DNA of 56,334 nt, taken from the IMG/VR virus record IMGVR_UViG_3300042558_003703. One strand, 5' to 3'. Source of the DNA: an uncultured virus (IMG/VR IMGVR_UViG_3300042558_003703) (lineage: Duplodnaviria > Heunggongvirae > Uroviricota > Caudoviricetes). A program made the position numbers and the translations under genes. Position 1 is the stretch's first letter; each line of letters begins with the position of its first letter. The notes under the pieces are model-generated. The model searched no databases, was not told where the DNA came from, and saw nothing but the letters and a program-made list of their open reading frames with translations. Positions 27,726 through 37,366 of this stretch are shown piece after piece.

Positions 27726-28745
27726 TTAGGCTGCTTTCATACAAGTGACTTCGGTCATGGCCTTCCATTTGAGCGGAAAGCTCTTACGCAAGTCAGCAAT
27801 CTTGATTGCCATACGCAAGCTCATCTCACGGAAGCGAGTAGCGTTGTGCGTCATGAAGTCAATGATCTCCTCTTGCGTTTCTGCGTCAAACTCGTATTCT
27901 TCAAACAACTGACCGTCGTTGGCAATCTGTTTGATACGCAAGATCTTGTCACGCATGGTGTCCAAGGTCAAGTCCAAGTAGTGGCAGCGTGATTGCAGTG
28001 CATCCAAGTGATCACGCAGTTTCTGGCTTTTCATCTTGTCAAACTTCAAATTAGTAATAAAAATCACTGTACCGTTGAAGTTGAAGCTGTCTGGCACACC
28101 TTCACGGCGTAGCACTGAGCTGTCCGACAACCACGAAATCTTACGCTTCTTGCCTGAGTCCAGGGCACCTTTCAACAAGTTCAAGGCCACGTCATCCAAC
28201 AGGATGCTGTCGCAGTCATCAAACACCAGCACACAGTTTTTGTCGCTGTACTTGTATAGTGTTTGGTACAGACCCAATGCTGTGGCTGAACCTTTGACCA
28301 CTTCAGCACGTAGTCGCTTGCCAGAGATCTTGTCAAACAAACAGGCAGCTTCGATAATTTTCTCCACGCCGTAGCTCTTGCCCACGCCCGGAGGACCCGA
28401 CACAATCATGGCACGGACATCACCGGCCACAGCGGCCTTGGTCATTTCGTCTAGGATTTCAAAACGCTCACGGATACGAGCCATGACTTCTTCGTCACTA
28501 GCCTCTGGAACAGGTGCTGCTTTCACAGCAGACGCTGTGGTGGCTGTAGCACCTTGGATTTCAATGTCTTCCATGCTGTCTACCTTGACACGAGCAATAC
28601 CAAACTCGGGTCCAAAAAATCCTTTGCTGTCGATGGTGACAAAACCACCCTTAGCACCGGCTGTATAGTCTTTGACCAATTCAAACACTTCGTTGTGTAC
28701 GGGTTTATTGCGATAAACGCCGTTGCGGATTAGGACTTGGGTCAT
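27726..28745 (-). CDS. AAA+ ATPase (early gene)
   Basis: SGPPGVGKS Walker A, LVFDDCD Walker B, IFITN sensor, ALQSRC Arg finger. Confidence 0.85.
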   Translation of the reverse strand: MTQVLIRNGVYRNKPVHNEVFELVKDYTAGAKGGFVTIDSKGFFGPEFGIARVKVDSMEDIEIQGATATTASAVKAAPVPEASDEEVMARIRERFEILDEMTKAAVAGDVRAMIVSGPPGVGKSYGVEKIIEAACLFDKISGKRLRAEVVKGSATALGLYQTLYKYSDKNCVLVFDDCDSILLDDVALNLLKGALDSGKKRKISWLSDSSVLRREGVPDSFNFNGTVIFITNLKFDKMKSQKLRDHLDALQSRCHYLDLTLDTMRDKILRIKQIANDGQLFEEYEFDAETQEEIIDFMTHNATRFREMSLRMAIKIADLRKSFPLKWKAMTEVTCMKAA

Positions 28746-28833
28746 TTACTGCTCCTGTTTTGTTAGTGTAAGTACATTATAGCCGATATTGTATTACCGG
28801 TCTACCACTTTTTATGTGTTGTTTTTATGCAAC
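28746..28833 (-). promoter_or_regulatory. Early promoter cassette 1
   Basis: GTTGCATAAAAACAAC-13bp-TAGACC-17bp-TATAAT...TAACAAAACAGGAG. Confidence 0.85.
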
Positions 28834-29160
28834 TTTTGGGATTTTGTACAGCAAGCCCTGCTCGCTACGAGCTTTTACATAGCCGCGTTCTGCACAAAGC
28901 TCATCGAGCTCGCGTACAATTTTGCGGTCTCGCACTTGAGGCTTAGTGAGCTTAATGCTAATAATAGTTTTGCGGAAGTTAATAAACACTTCGTTTGCAC
29001 TGTATGCCAACGTCAGCAGATCTCTAAATGTTTCTGCATAGGCACGTTGACTAGGGGTAAACGTCATGCGGCATTCATCGCTATAACGATTAGCGTCTCT
29101 TGCGGCAGCAAACGAGAAGCGACCTGCGGACTTGTTATTGAGATCTTTATCATTTAACAT
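28825..29160 (-). CDS. Hypothetical early protein
   Basis: 111 aa; its stop lies inside the cassette 1 box. Confidence 0.7.
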   Translation of the reverse strand: MLNDKDLNNKSAGRFSFAAARDANRYSDECRMTFTPSQRAYAETFRDLLTLAYSANEVFINFRKTIISIKLTKPQVRDRKIVRELDELCAERGYVKARSEQGLLYKIPKVA

Positions 29161-29247
29161 GTTTTACCCCGTTTTGTTAGCGTATATACATTATAGCAAT
29201 TTGGGTATTTCCGGTCTACCACTTTTTATGTGTTGTTTTTATGCGAC
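29161..29247 (-). promoter_or_regulatory. Early promoter cassette 2
   Basis: GTCGCATAAAAACAAC-13bp-TAGACC-17bp-TATAAT...TAACAAAACGGGG. Confidence 0.85.
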
Positions 29248-29411
29248 GTTTTTGCTGGACCAGCAAACATTACATCACTCATAATACCTAGGAATTTGGC
29301 TATGCTTTCTTCACGTTCTGCTTCTGTAGCATCCGGAAGGGCTTCTCTGGCAGATTCCCTAAGTGTCTCTAGGATCTCACGTCCAATGTCTTTTCTAAGA
29401 ATTGCGCTCAT
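29226..29411 (-). CDS. Hypothetical early protein
   Basis: 61 aa, AGGAG RBS; C-terminal SHKNNT is encoded by the repeat. Confidence 0.7.
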   Translation of the reverse strand: MSAILRKDIGREILETLRESAREALPDATEAEREESIAKFLGIMSDVMFAGPAKTSHKNNT

Positions 29412-29499
29412 TTTGAGCTCCTGTTTTGTTACTGTATAAACATTATAGCTGGTAGTGAATTACTGGTCTACCACTTGTTAACTGTTGTTTTTATGCGAC
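29412..29499 (-). promoter_or_regulatory. Early promoter cassette 3
   Basis: GTCGCATAAAAACAAC-13bp-TAGACC-17bp-TATAAT...TAACAAAACAGGAGCTCAAAATG. Confidence 0.85.
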
Positions 29500-29669
29500 A
29501 ATTTTTTGCTTTCTTTTTTAGCTTCGCTGTTAGCCACACCACGCATAATGTAGTAGCGAAACAACAGGTCGGAATCTACAGTGATAACGCCGTCTTCTGT
29601 GTCAGGACCGCTGGTATCCGCTGTGTTGAGGATTTCCATTGCTAACTCGCCTAATTCTTGCTTGGTCAT
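29478..29669 (-). CDS. Hypothetical early protein
   Basis: True start ATG 29669 after AGGAG (MTKQELGEL); C-terminal SHKNNS is encoded by the repeat. Confidence 0.7.
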   Translation of the reverse strand: MTKQELGELAMEILNTADTSGPDTEDGVITVDSDLLFRYYIMRGVANSEAKKESKKLSHKNNS

Positions 29670-29798
29670 TTTGAGCTCCTGTTTTGTTACTGTAAAACTA
29701 GTATAGCATTTGGGCGGTTTCTGGTCTACCAAAATGTACTGTTTTAGCCACAAAAAAGCCCCAAAACCGGGGCTGAATTTTGTTGTATTTTTACAACA
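29670..29798 (-). promoter_or_regulatory. Early promoter cassette 4 with upstream palindrome
   Basis: TAGACC-17bp-TATACT...TAACAAAACAGGAGCTCAAAATG; TGTTGTAAAAATACAACA at 29781-29798. Confidence 0.8.
29752..29774 (-). terminator. Rho-independent terminator insulating the early cassettes
   Basis: AGCCCC-GGTTTT-GGGGCT followed by TTTTT. Confidence 0.8.
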
Positions 29799-29812
29799 TG
29801 TTAGACAGTTAC

Positions 29813-30625
29813 TTAGTTGCTTGTTAATTTCCAAAGTTGGCTGATCAAGGGATCCGCTACTTCGTGTGGCTTGGGATGTCCGTGAAAAACTACAATTTTA
29901 GTGTCTGGTGCTAAACTTGTACCCGACCCTGGCGAACGATACTGACGAGATTTCATATCCATGCCGCCATCCTTGCATTGCCAGCGCCAGCTTTTTGCCA
30001 CACCGTCGGGAATAAATCTCAAGTGTTTGTCGGTCAGCACTGCATCTAAATAGTTTTGATCACCGTGATATTTTTTAGATAACAGCACAATATCCTGTTT
30101 GCAAAACGCTCGCCATATCCAATCAAATTTGGTAGTATTCCAAGTCATTACACTACTGTTGAGTCCGTGCCAACCTGGGCGCCACAGATATTTAAAGTCT
30201 CGGATGGCCCAAAAATAGTCATCGCTCAACTCCCATATCCAATCAATATTGCCCACCACAACTGTATCCAGGTCTAGATAAAAGACACGTCCAGGAATAT
30301 AGTTTGAATCAAACATCTGCATCTTGTACCACCAGGACTTCTTGGGTCCGCTTATTCCCGGCCACTCTTCCAGCACATGTTTGGTCATGTAAGACGGTAC
30401 TACTCGGTCTGGTTCAGTAAAAACGTGCATGCGAATTTTTCTACTGCTGTTGGCGATCAGCATGCTATACAAGCGTTCTACATAGTCCCATGTATACACA
30501 GAGCCGTGAATTACACACGCACAGTCGACGGCAGGCAATTCAGACGTGTTATATTTCATCTCCCTGTGACGTTGTCGATCTAATTGGTGTTGTTGTTTTG
30601 GTGATACAGGTACATTGTGCTTCAT
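29813..30625 (-). CDS. GT-A glycosyltransferase (GT8-like)
   Basis: WWYKMQMF, YLDLDTVV, NSSVM, GDQ, VVFHGHPKPH. Confidence 0.8.
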   Translation of the reverse strand: MKHNVPVSPKQQHQLDRQRHREMKYNTSELPAVDCACVIHGSVYTWDYVERLYSMLIANSSRKIRMHVFTEPDRVVPSYMTKHVLEEWPGISGPKKSWWYKMQMFDSNYIPGRVFYLDLDTVVVGNIDWIWELSDDYFWAIRDFKYLWRPGWHGLNSSVMTWNTTKFDWIWRAFCKQDIVLLSKKYHGDQNYLDAVLTDKHLRFIPDGVAKSWRWQCKDGGMDMKSRQYRSPGSGTSLAPDTKIVVFHGHPKPHEVADPLISQLWKLTSN

Positions 30626-30659
30626 TTGTTTATAAAGGTATCCTTTAACTTAGTGGGCT

Positions 30660-31361
30660 TTATCTGTTGTACCAATCGTTGGGCAGCAATAACCAATCAT
30701 GCTTGTGTTGCCAAACTGTTTGATAACCTAAGCTTTCTATCAAGCCCACAGTTTTTTTGTGATCAGCCGACAGATCATGATCCAGTAGTTTCCCTTCATA
30801 ACTGATTTCTATAACAACAGCAGGTCGGCAACGCTGTATAGTTTTGAGAGCACCTTGTATCACTTGGTATTCGTGTCCTTCTACATCAATTTTAATAAAA
30901 TCAACCGTACTAAAATTAAAACTATCTAATCTACGAGTCGGAACACGGGTAACTCCCCAATGTTTACGTAATTTACTTTCATCAGTAATTATTTGATTTT
31001 GATCAGGTTTAGCATCGCTTATGGCAAAACAAAGATTCCCATTGATATTGCTTAACCCAAAATTATGTAAACGTATGTGTGATCTTGTACAATTCAATTG
31101 CAAGCATTCATAAGTGTTTGGGGTAGGTTCAAAACTGGTCACTCGCGGCCAACGTTTGCCTAGCCAGGAAGTAACATAGCCTATATTAGCACCGATGTCT
31201 AAAGCATGTTTTCGATCACGTCCCTCAAACACCAACAAGATTTGTTCAAACATAACGGTGTTGAGAATCGGTTCTCCCCATTCACAGTCAGCCCAGGTAC
31301 TAGGACCTATGTCTCCTGCTGGAAAATTCCAACCGTTGATCTGTTTTATTGTGTCTGACAT
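30660..31361 (-). CDS. FkbM-family methyltransferase
   Basis: LDIGANIG, SFEP, FIKIDVEGHE..GA. Confidence 0.9.
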   Translation of the reverse strand: MSDTIKQINGWNFPAGDIGPSTWADCEWGEPILNTVMFEQILLVFEGRDRKHALDIGANIGYVTSWLGKRWPRVTSFEPTPNTYECLQLNCTRSHIRLHNFGLSNINGNLCFAISDAKPDQNQIITDESKLRKHWGVTRVPTRRLDSFNFSTVDFIKIDVEGHEYQVIQGALKTIQRCRPAVVIEISYEGKLLDHDLSADHKKTVGLIESLGYQTVWQHKHDWLLLPNDWYNR

Positions 31362-32137
31362 GACGGTATGTTCCAATATTGAGGATACTGCTCAAGTATT
31401 TTGTTTACTTCGTTAGGGTAAGTGTATTCAACTGTGGTTGAGGTACACTTGTGATTTATAGCTGCTGCTGTGTCTAACTGTTTGAAAGAGTTCAACACCT
31501 GTTCTGGGTCTCGATGTTGGCTTTCAATACAGCTTGCAACCTTGCTGCGTATTCGTTGGTCTGATCCTATCCAGGTCCAGTGCCAGCCTGCAGTGTCTGG
31601 ATATGCTACACAATGACTACGATCTTTTTTCTTTATGTTGATGCCTTTATATAACTGTTGAGGATTATCAAACATGTGTTTTCGGGCCACTACAGTTCCG
31701 CTCCATCGACGATCAGTTTGTTGATCAAATCTATATATAAACATTTCTAGAGAACAATTTACAGGACGATCATGCAGATCCATCAAATCAACTATACTGC
31801 TAAATTTTGTCGGGTCTAATATTTCATCCAGATCCCCGTGCAAAACAATATCTTCGTCATCTAGACAATCGATTCCTTGCTGCAAACTGGCTCTACTGTA
31901 ATTTTCACACTGCCAATTCACATAACCGTCGGGTATGTCTAGACTGATTAGTTGTATTCTATCACCGTATTTTGCATATTTGTCCAGGCAGTTTAAAAGA
32001 TAGTAAGGTTTTGATATTCCACTCCAGGTTCGGTTGCCTTCCAATATAATCCAACGATCCACGTACGAATCTGTGATTGCCAGATGTATATCTAACATGT
32101 CAAACTCGTCATTGAACATGAATGTGTCAACTATCAT
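31346..32137 (-). CDS. GT17-like N-acetylglucosaminyltransferase
   Basis: IVDTFMFNDEFDML, ILEGNRTWSG..KP, DLDEI, GWHWTW. Confidence 0.8.
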   Translation of the reverse strand: MIVDTFMFNDEFDMLDIHLAITDSYVDRWIILEGNRTWSGISKPYYLLNCLDKYAKYGDRIQLISLDIPDGYVNWQCENYSRASLQQGIDCLDDEDIVLHGDLDEILDPTKFSSIVDLMDLHDRPVNCSLEMFIYRFDQQTDRRWSGTVVARKHMFDNPQQLYKGINIKKKDRSHCVAYPDTAGWHWTWIGSDQRIRSKVASCIESQHRDPEQVLNSFKQLDTAAAINHKCTSTTVEYTYPNEVNKILEQYPQYWNIPSCQTQ

Positions 32138-32769
32138 AATTGATATATTATTTGATAAGCATCATATAACGGCTGTATTCCTTTGGATTCTAAATATTCC
32201 ACTATCCGTCGTCCTTTGCCAGTGCGACCATTATTGTTTAAAAACCTAGCATTGTCGTCAATGGCTACTACTGTGCCTGGCTGAATTCTGGATTCAATTG
32301 TTTGGAATTCGCGTAAATGATGTTCGGCACTGGCAGAGTCGTTGTTCCATTTTACATCGTAGCTGTCGAGATAAAAAAGATCAACCTGGTCCAGATCTGT
32401 CTGTTGTTCTAGCCATTGCACACTGTCGCTGCAGGTCACTTGAAAAAGACCACTGGTGATGTGTTTACGTGCTGCTGCACAGGCATCTGGATCTATGTCT
32501 ACACTACGCAGTGATCCTCCTGTGTGCTGAACAAAATCTGTGAATATCACTGCACTCTGCCCATCTTTCCAATTTCCTGGATTTCGACAGGTACCTGTTT
32601 CGATAATGTGATACTGACTTTGAGTTTTGGCCAGCAACAACTCGAACATCAATTGAAAGCCACGGGCTCGTTGTCCTAGTCCTTCGACAAGTCCACGTTT
32701 GGCTCCACTGAGATTGGAATCAAGACGAGGGTAGTAATTATGTTTATATGTGTCTAACCAATTTGGCAT
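32134..32769 (-). CDS. Class I SAM methyltransferase
   Basis: IIETGT, SVDID, DSV, LFYLDS, IDD..GKG. Confidence 0.75.
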   Translation of the reverse strand: MPNWLDTYKHNYYPRLDSNLSGAKRGLVEGLGQRARGFQLMFELLLAKTQSQYHIIETGTCRNPGNWKDGQSAVIFTDFVQHTGGSLRSVDIDPDACAAARKHITSGLFQVTCSDSVQWLEQQTDLDQVDLFYLDSYDVKWNNDSASAEHHLREFQTIESRIQPGTVVAIDDNARFLNNNGRTGKGRRIVEYLESKGIQPLYDAYQIIYQL

Positions 32770-32770
32770 T

Positions 32771-33337
32771 TTATTCAGGCTTTTTAACTATCCAACAACG
32801 TCCACATCGATCGTATCTTACACCGAGTTCACCAAAAAACTGCTGTACTGCTTGCTGGACGCCAGGCCAACCTTTGGTATAGTCGTCGCCAGCAAACCAC
32901 GAGCCGGGGCGTATTTTAGGCCACCAAGCTGTTAAATCTTGCATGACTGCTTCGTATGTGTGCAATGCATCAACGTAACAAAAATCCACGCTGCTATCAG
33001 CAAATTGGTCAGCGGCTGCCCAGCTTAGACTCTCAATGGGCGTAATATAATCAGCCACCGGTGCAATATTATCAAGAAATACCTGTTTGAGTTTTCCTTC
33101 TAATACATATTGATGATTTTCAAGAGTATCGCCTCCTTGCCAGGTATCTATGCAGTAGAATTTTCCCATTTTATTGCAATTTAATAGTTCAACTGCACAA
33201 TATGCTGTGCTGCGTCCCATCCAGGATCCTATCTCAACCCAGGTTCCTGCTTGAGGGAAATCTTTTATAACCAAGTCAAACATCATAATGTTTCTTGGTC
33301 CCATAAATCCTTCTACTGTTTGATAAAAATGTTCCAT
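32771..33337 (-). CDS. Class I SAM methyltransferase (Methyltransf_24-like)
   Basis: VEIGSWMGRS, IDTW, YVDALHTYE, GDDY; start ATG 33337. Confidence 0.85.
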   Translation of the reverse strand: MEHFYQTVEGFMGPRNIMMFDLVIKDFPQAGTWVEIGSWMGRSTAYCAVELLNCNKMGKFYCIDTWQGGDTLENHQYVLEGKLKQVFLDNIAPVADYITPIESLSWAAADQFADSSVDFCYVDALHTYEAVMQDLTAWWPKIRPGSWFAGDDYTKGWPGVQQAVQQFFGELGVRYDRCGRCWIVKKPE

Positions 33338-33374
33338 AATGTATTTACCATTATGTATACATATAAATATTGTT
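33338..33374. promoter_or_regulatory. Back-to-back late promoters of the glycosylation island
   Basis: GTAAATA-4nt-ATG on the minus strand and TATAAATA-5nt-ATG on the plus strand within 37 bp. Confidence 0.65.
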
Positions 33375-34142
33375 ATGAAAACTATTGTACTTGTCACTGG
33401 CGGATTTGATCCTGTACACTCCGGCCATATCTCCTACTTGCAGGCTGCCGGCAAATTGGGAGATCTTTTAATTGTGGGCATCAACTCAGATTCGTGGCTA
33501 GAAAGAAAAAAAGGTCGAGCATTTATGCCGTTAAAAGAACGTGTCGCCGTAGTACGAAATATGCAAAATGTCAACTTTGTAATTGATTTTGACGACAGTG
33601 ATGGTTCTGCACGAAATGCATTATGGATGGTAAGACAGAGCTATCCCAATGACCGTATTATTTTTGCCAACGGTGGTGATCGCACAACTGAAAATATACT
33701 AGAACAAGATATCAAAGATGACAACGTCGAGTTTGTATTTGGCGTAGGTGGTCAAGATAAAAGAAACAGTAGTTCGTGGATACTGCAAGAATGGAAGGCT
33801 CCTCAAACACGCCGACCCTGGGGATATTATCGTGTACTGCACGAAGCACCGGGAGTTAAAGTCAAAGAACTCACAGTGGATCCGGGTGCGGCACTCAGTA
33901 TGCAAAGACACAAAGGAAGATCAGAATTCTGGTTGGTCAGTGCCGGAGTTGCAACAGTAATGACTTTGAACATGGCCAGCGATGCTGAATTTCAAGGACA
34001 TTATCATCGCCACGAATATTTACATATAGAGTCAGAAAAATGGCATCAACTCGTTAACGAACAAAGCGATCCATTAAAAATTGTAGAAATACAATACGGA
34101 GACCGATGCGAGGAAGATGATATTGAGAGAAAATTCTCATGA
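33375..34142 (+). CDS. Cytidylyltransferase-like domain fused to a mannose-6-phosphate isomerase cupin
   Basis: TGGFDPVHSGH (HxGH), FANGGDR, RPWGYY, LSMQRH..RSEFW, EIQYG..EDDIER. Confidence 0.88.
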   Translation: MKTIVLVTGGFDPVHSGHISYLQAAGKLGDLLIVGINSDSWLERKKGRAFMPLKERVAVVRNMQNVNFVIDFDDSDGSARNALWMVRQSYPNDRIIFANGGDRTTENILEQDIKDDNVEFVFGVGGQDKRNSSSWILQEWKAPQTRRPWGYYRVLHEAPGVKVKELTVDPGAALSMQRHKGRSEFWLVSAGVATVMTLNMASDAEFQGHYHRHEYLHIESEKWHQLVNEQSDPLKIVEIQYGDRCEEDDIERKFS

Positions 34143-34828
34143 GTAAACTGATACCTATTTTTATTGGTTATGATCCTCGTGAAGCTGTTGCTTATCATGT
34201 GTGTGCCAATAGCATTATTAGACATGCCAGTAGACCTGTCAGCATCATACCGCTGGCACTAAACTTGTTCACCGACTATACCGAAACTCACACAGATGGT
34301 AGCAATCAGTTTATCTACAGCAGATTCTTAGTGCCGCACTTGATGGATTACACCGGTCATGCTATTTTTATTGATGGTGATATGATTGTGCGTAGTGACA
34401 TTGCAGAGCTTTGGGACTGGCGGCAGAATCATTATGATGTACAGGTAGTTAAACACAACTACGAAACATGCATGAAAGAAAAGTATCTGGGTTCAAAGAA
34501 CGAAAACTACCCTCGCAAAAACTGGTCAAGTGTTATTATCTGGAATTGTGAGAGCTCAGCTAATCAATGCCTAACACCGGAGTTTGTTCAACGATCCACG
34601 GGTGCAGAACTACATCGTTTTACCTGGATCAAAGATGAAAAAATTGGTGATTTACCTGCAGAATGGAATTGGTTGCCAGACGAGTATGGTCCTAACTGCA
34701 ATGCAGACTTGTTGCATTATACCTTAGGCGCTCCTTGCTTCCACGATTTTGCTACTACTCCAATGGCAGATGAGTGGCATCGTGAACGAATGCTTGCAGA
34801 GTATTGCTTACAGAGAGATATTAAATGA
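34139..34828 (+). CDS. GT-A glycosyltransferase
   Basis: IFIGYDPRE, SRFLVP, FIDGDM, YPRKNWSS, WNWL, HYTLG. Confidence 0.8.
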   Translation: MSKLIPIFIGYDPREAVAYHVCANSIIRHASRPVSIIPLALNLFTDYTETHTDGSNQFIYSRFLVPHLMDYTGHAIFIDGDMIVRSDIAELWDWRQNHYDVQVVKHNYETCMKEKYLGSKNENYPRKNWSSVIIWNCESSANQCLTPEFVQRSTGAELHRFTWIKDEKIGDLPAEWNWLPDEYGPNCNADLLHYTLGAPCFHDFATTPMADEWHRERMLAEYCLQRDIK

Positions 34829-35637
34829 ACGAAGATTGGGTATTCCTAAGTAAAAATAATCAAGACGAATATATCAACATGCTGGCTCGTAGTGCTGGCA
34901 CAGAACCAACTGACGGTGATTACTTTGATTTTCATTATGATGTCGAAGTAGATCATAGAAAAGTTGTACTGCGGGGAATACTCAAATATAAAGTTATGCA
35001 CAAGTGTTTGGCTGGTAAGCACGACTTTTGGTATGTTGATTCAGGGTATGTGGGCAACAGTGTCAGTAGTAAGAATAGTCACGGTTCAAAACTTTATCAT
35101 AGAATAGTAAAAAATGATTTGCAGCATAATGAAATAAAACAACGTCCAGCAGATAGATGGCAAGCATTGGGTATTACTGCACATCCTCGTCGAACAGGAT
35201 CAAAAATTATTGTGGCAGCACCAGACGAAAAACCTTGTAGGTTCTACGGCATTGATCAGGCTGCATGGGTAGATGAAACTGTTGCTCAACTTAAAACATT
35301 AACGGATCGGCCAATCGAAGTAAGGCAACGAGCACCAAAAAGAATTGACAGAATTGTAACCACTCCACTGAATCGATTACTAACACAAGATGTACATGCC
35401 GTAGTGACATTCAACAGTGTTGCTGCAGTAGAAGCTATACTTGCAGGAGTGCCGGCATTTGTACTAGCACCAAGTCATGTGGCCCGGCCTGTTGCAAATA
35501 CCAAGCTTGACACAATAGACAATCCGTTTTGGCCCGATCAAGACCTATTAGATGCCTGGTGTCACAGTATGGCATATGGTCAATATCATGTGAAAGAGCT
35601 TCAGAATGGCACAGCATTTAGGATGATGCAAGAATGA
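34825..35637 (+). CDS. Capsule-synthesis (KpsC/KpsS-like) GT-B protein
   Basis: VVTFNSVAAVEAILAGVPAF; first of three paralogs. Confidence 0.55.
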   Translation: MNEDWVFLSKNNQDEYINMLARSAGTEPTDGDYFDFHYDVEVDHRKVVLRGILKYKVMHKCLAGKHDFWYVDSGYVGNSVSSKNSHGSKLYHRIVKNDLQHNEIKQRPADRWQALGITAHPRRTGSKIIVAAPDEKPCRFYGIDQAAWVDETVAQLKTLTDRPIEVRQRAPKRIDRIVTTPLNRLLTQDVHAVVTFNSVAAVEAILAGVPAFVLAPSHVARPVANTKLDTIDNPFWPDQDLLDAWCHSMAYGQYHVKELQNGTAFRMMQE

Positions 35638-36599
35638 AAGTCGTAAGTTATACAGCCACATTGCCCAAAAAAGAAATATATACTCCTGAATCTTTGCAAA
35701 AAGCACAAGATAAAAGCAATACACTTAGATACTTTGTTCAAGGTGTATCCAGATGCGGTGACGAAGGCATTGTAGAAGATTCGTCAGTATATCAGCCAAG
35801 TCCAGTGGCTGTAATCTTAGGATGGGTACACGAACAAGGAAAAACTGCATCGCATTTGCAATTGCGACAAGACATTCTCGACGGACAACAACAATCAAAC
35901 AATCGTACTATCATAGCAGATTCAAATCTGTTTCTGTATAAAAATACAAACAATCCTGGATATTGGTTACGCTACAGCTACGACGGAATATTTCCCAACA
36001 CAGGAGAATATTGCAACCAAAATCCTGATCCGGTCAGATGGGTAGAAATACAAAAACAGTTGGGAGTCAAGTTGGCCAACTGGAGAACCCGAGGTGATCA
36101 TATTTTACTATGCTTACAGAGAGATGGTGGTTGGAGTATGGCAGGGTGGGACGTATTAGACTGGGCTATTAAAACTATTACGGAGATAAGAAAGTATTCG
36201 GACAGACCTATTAGGATTAGACCACACCCGGGCGATAGAAGAGCTGTAAAATACTGCGAAAGATTATTGAAACTTTGTGTCGGAAGAAGGCTGTTAAATG
36301 TACACCTAAGTGAGTCAGGTACTAGTCTTGCTCGCGATTTTAAACAGTGCTGGGCTGTAGTTAGTCATAACTCTAGCCCAGGTGTAGCAGCAGCAATAGA
36401 AGGTGTTCCGGTATTTGTAACTGATCCAGAACGAAGCCAAGCAAAAGAAGTTGCTTGCAGTGATATTTTTAGAATTGAAAATCCACTCATGCCTGATCGG
36501 CAACAATGGATAGAAAAAATTTCGCAGGTTCATTGGAGTCACGACGAGTTAAAATCGGGCGAGTGCTGGGCGCATATGAAAGGATGGGCAATTAAATGA
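35634..36599 (+). CDS. Capsule-synthesis (KpsC/KpsS-like) GT-B protein
   Basis: IRPHPG, VVSHNSSPGVAAAIEGVPVF. Confidence 0.55.
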   Translation: MKVVSYTATLPKKEIYTPESLQKAQDKSNTLRYFVQGVSRCGDEGIVEDSSVYQPSPVAVILGWVHEQGKTASHLQLRQDILDGQQQSNNRTIIADSNLFLYKNTNNPGYWLRYSYDGIFPNTGEYCNQNPDPVRWVEIQKQLGVKLANWRTRGDHILLCLQRDGGWSMAGWDVLDWAIKTITEIRKYSDRPIRIRPHPGDRRAVKYCERLLKLCVGRRLLNVHLSESGTSLARDFKQCWAVVSHNSSPGVAAAIEGVPVFVTDPERSQAKEVACSDIFRIENPLMPDRQQWIEKISQVHWSHDELKSGECWAHMKGWAIK

Positions 36600-37366
36600 T
36601 ACAGGTTATTACAAGTTTTAATCAACGATATTACGATCTCATTGGCAAGGATAGTATGGCAAGTTTTCTCAAGCACTGGCCCAAAGAGCTGACTCTTACC
36701 TGCTATGTAGAGGAATTTAAATTATCTACTCGCAGTAAAAGAATTAAGCAGATTGATTTTTCTGAGTTGGATCCAGATTACGCTCGATATCAGGCGGATA
36801 CAACACTAAGACAGTCAGACAAAAAGTTTGCCAAAAAAGCATACAGTTTTATGCATGCCATGAATCACAGAACTGCTGATTGGATAGTATGGCTGGATGC
36901 TGATGTGATTACTGCTAAGAAACTACCGTTGTCAGTGTTGACTGATTTGTTATTGCCTGAATATTTAAGCATGTACATGGGTGTAACCTACGACACAAGC
37001 AAAGATGGCAAACCTGGAAAATGGTTGTGTCCTGAAACAGGAATATTTGCAGTTAATACTCAGCACGAAAAATTTAATCAGTTCAGAGCCGAATACTGCA
37101 GAAGATATCACGAAAGAGATTATCAAGATCTACGTAGATTTTACGACAACGATGTACTTGGGGCTGCATTAAATGTGGTACAACCACTTATGGTGAACGA
37201 TTTATGTACAGGATTCCAGAAAGGATATAAAACACCCTTGCGGCATACAGTGCTTGGCGAGTATCTTATTCATCACAAAGCCAAGCACTCAAAGGCCGAA
37301 TATAGTAAATCCAATGTAGATGATATGTGTTTTGACCCTGATTGCGTCCAGGCAGACCATCTTTAA
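36596..37366 (+). CDS. GT-A glycosyltransferase
   Basis: VITSFN, FAKKAY, WLDADV, ETG; paralog of 37363-38181. Confidence 0.7.
   Translation: MIQVITSFNQRYYDLIGKDSMASFLKHWPKELTLTCYVEEFKLSTRSKRIKQIDFSELDPDYARYQADTTLRQSDKKFAKKAYSFMHAMNHRTADWIVWLDADVITAKKLPLSVLTDLLLPEYLSMYMGVTYDTSKDGKPGKWLCPETGIFAVNTQHEKFNQFRAEYCRRYHERDYQDLRRFYDNDVLGAALNVVQPLMVNDLCTGFQKGYKTPLRHTVLGEYLIHHKAKHSKAEYSKSNVDDMCFDPDCVQADHL

Noticed and set aside
28746..29798. Repeats as a CRISPR array
   Set aside because: Units are ~90 bp, degenerate, contain promoter and RBS elements, and are separated by whole genes of unequal length.
29670..29834. Upstream extension of ORF 29478-29834
   Set aside because: It crosses a terminator and promoter; the AGGAG RBS points to ATG 29669.
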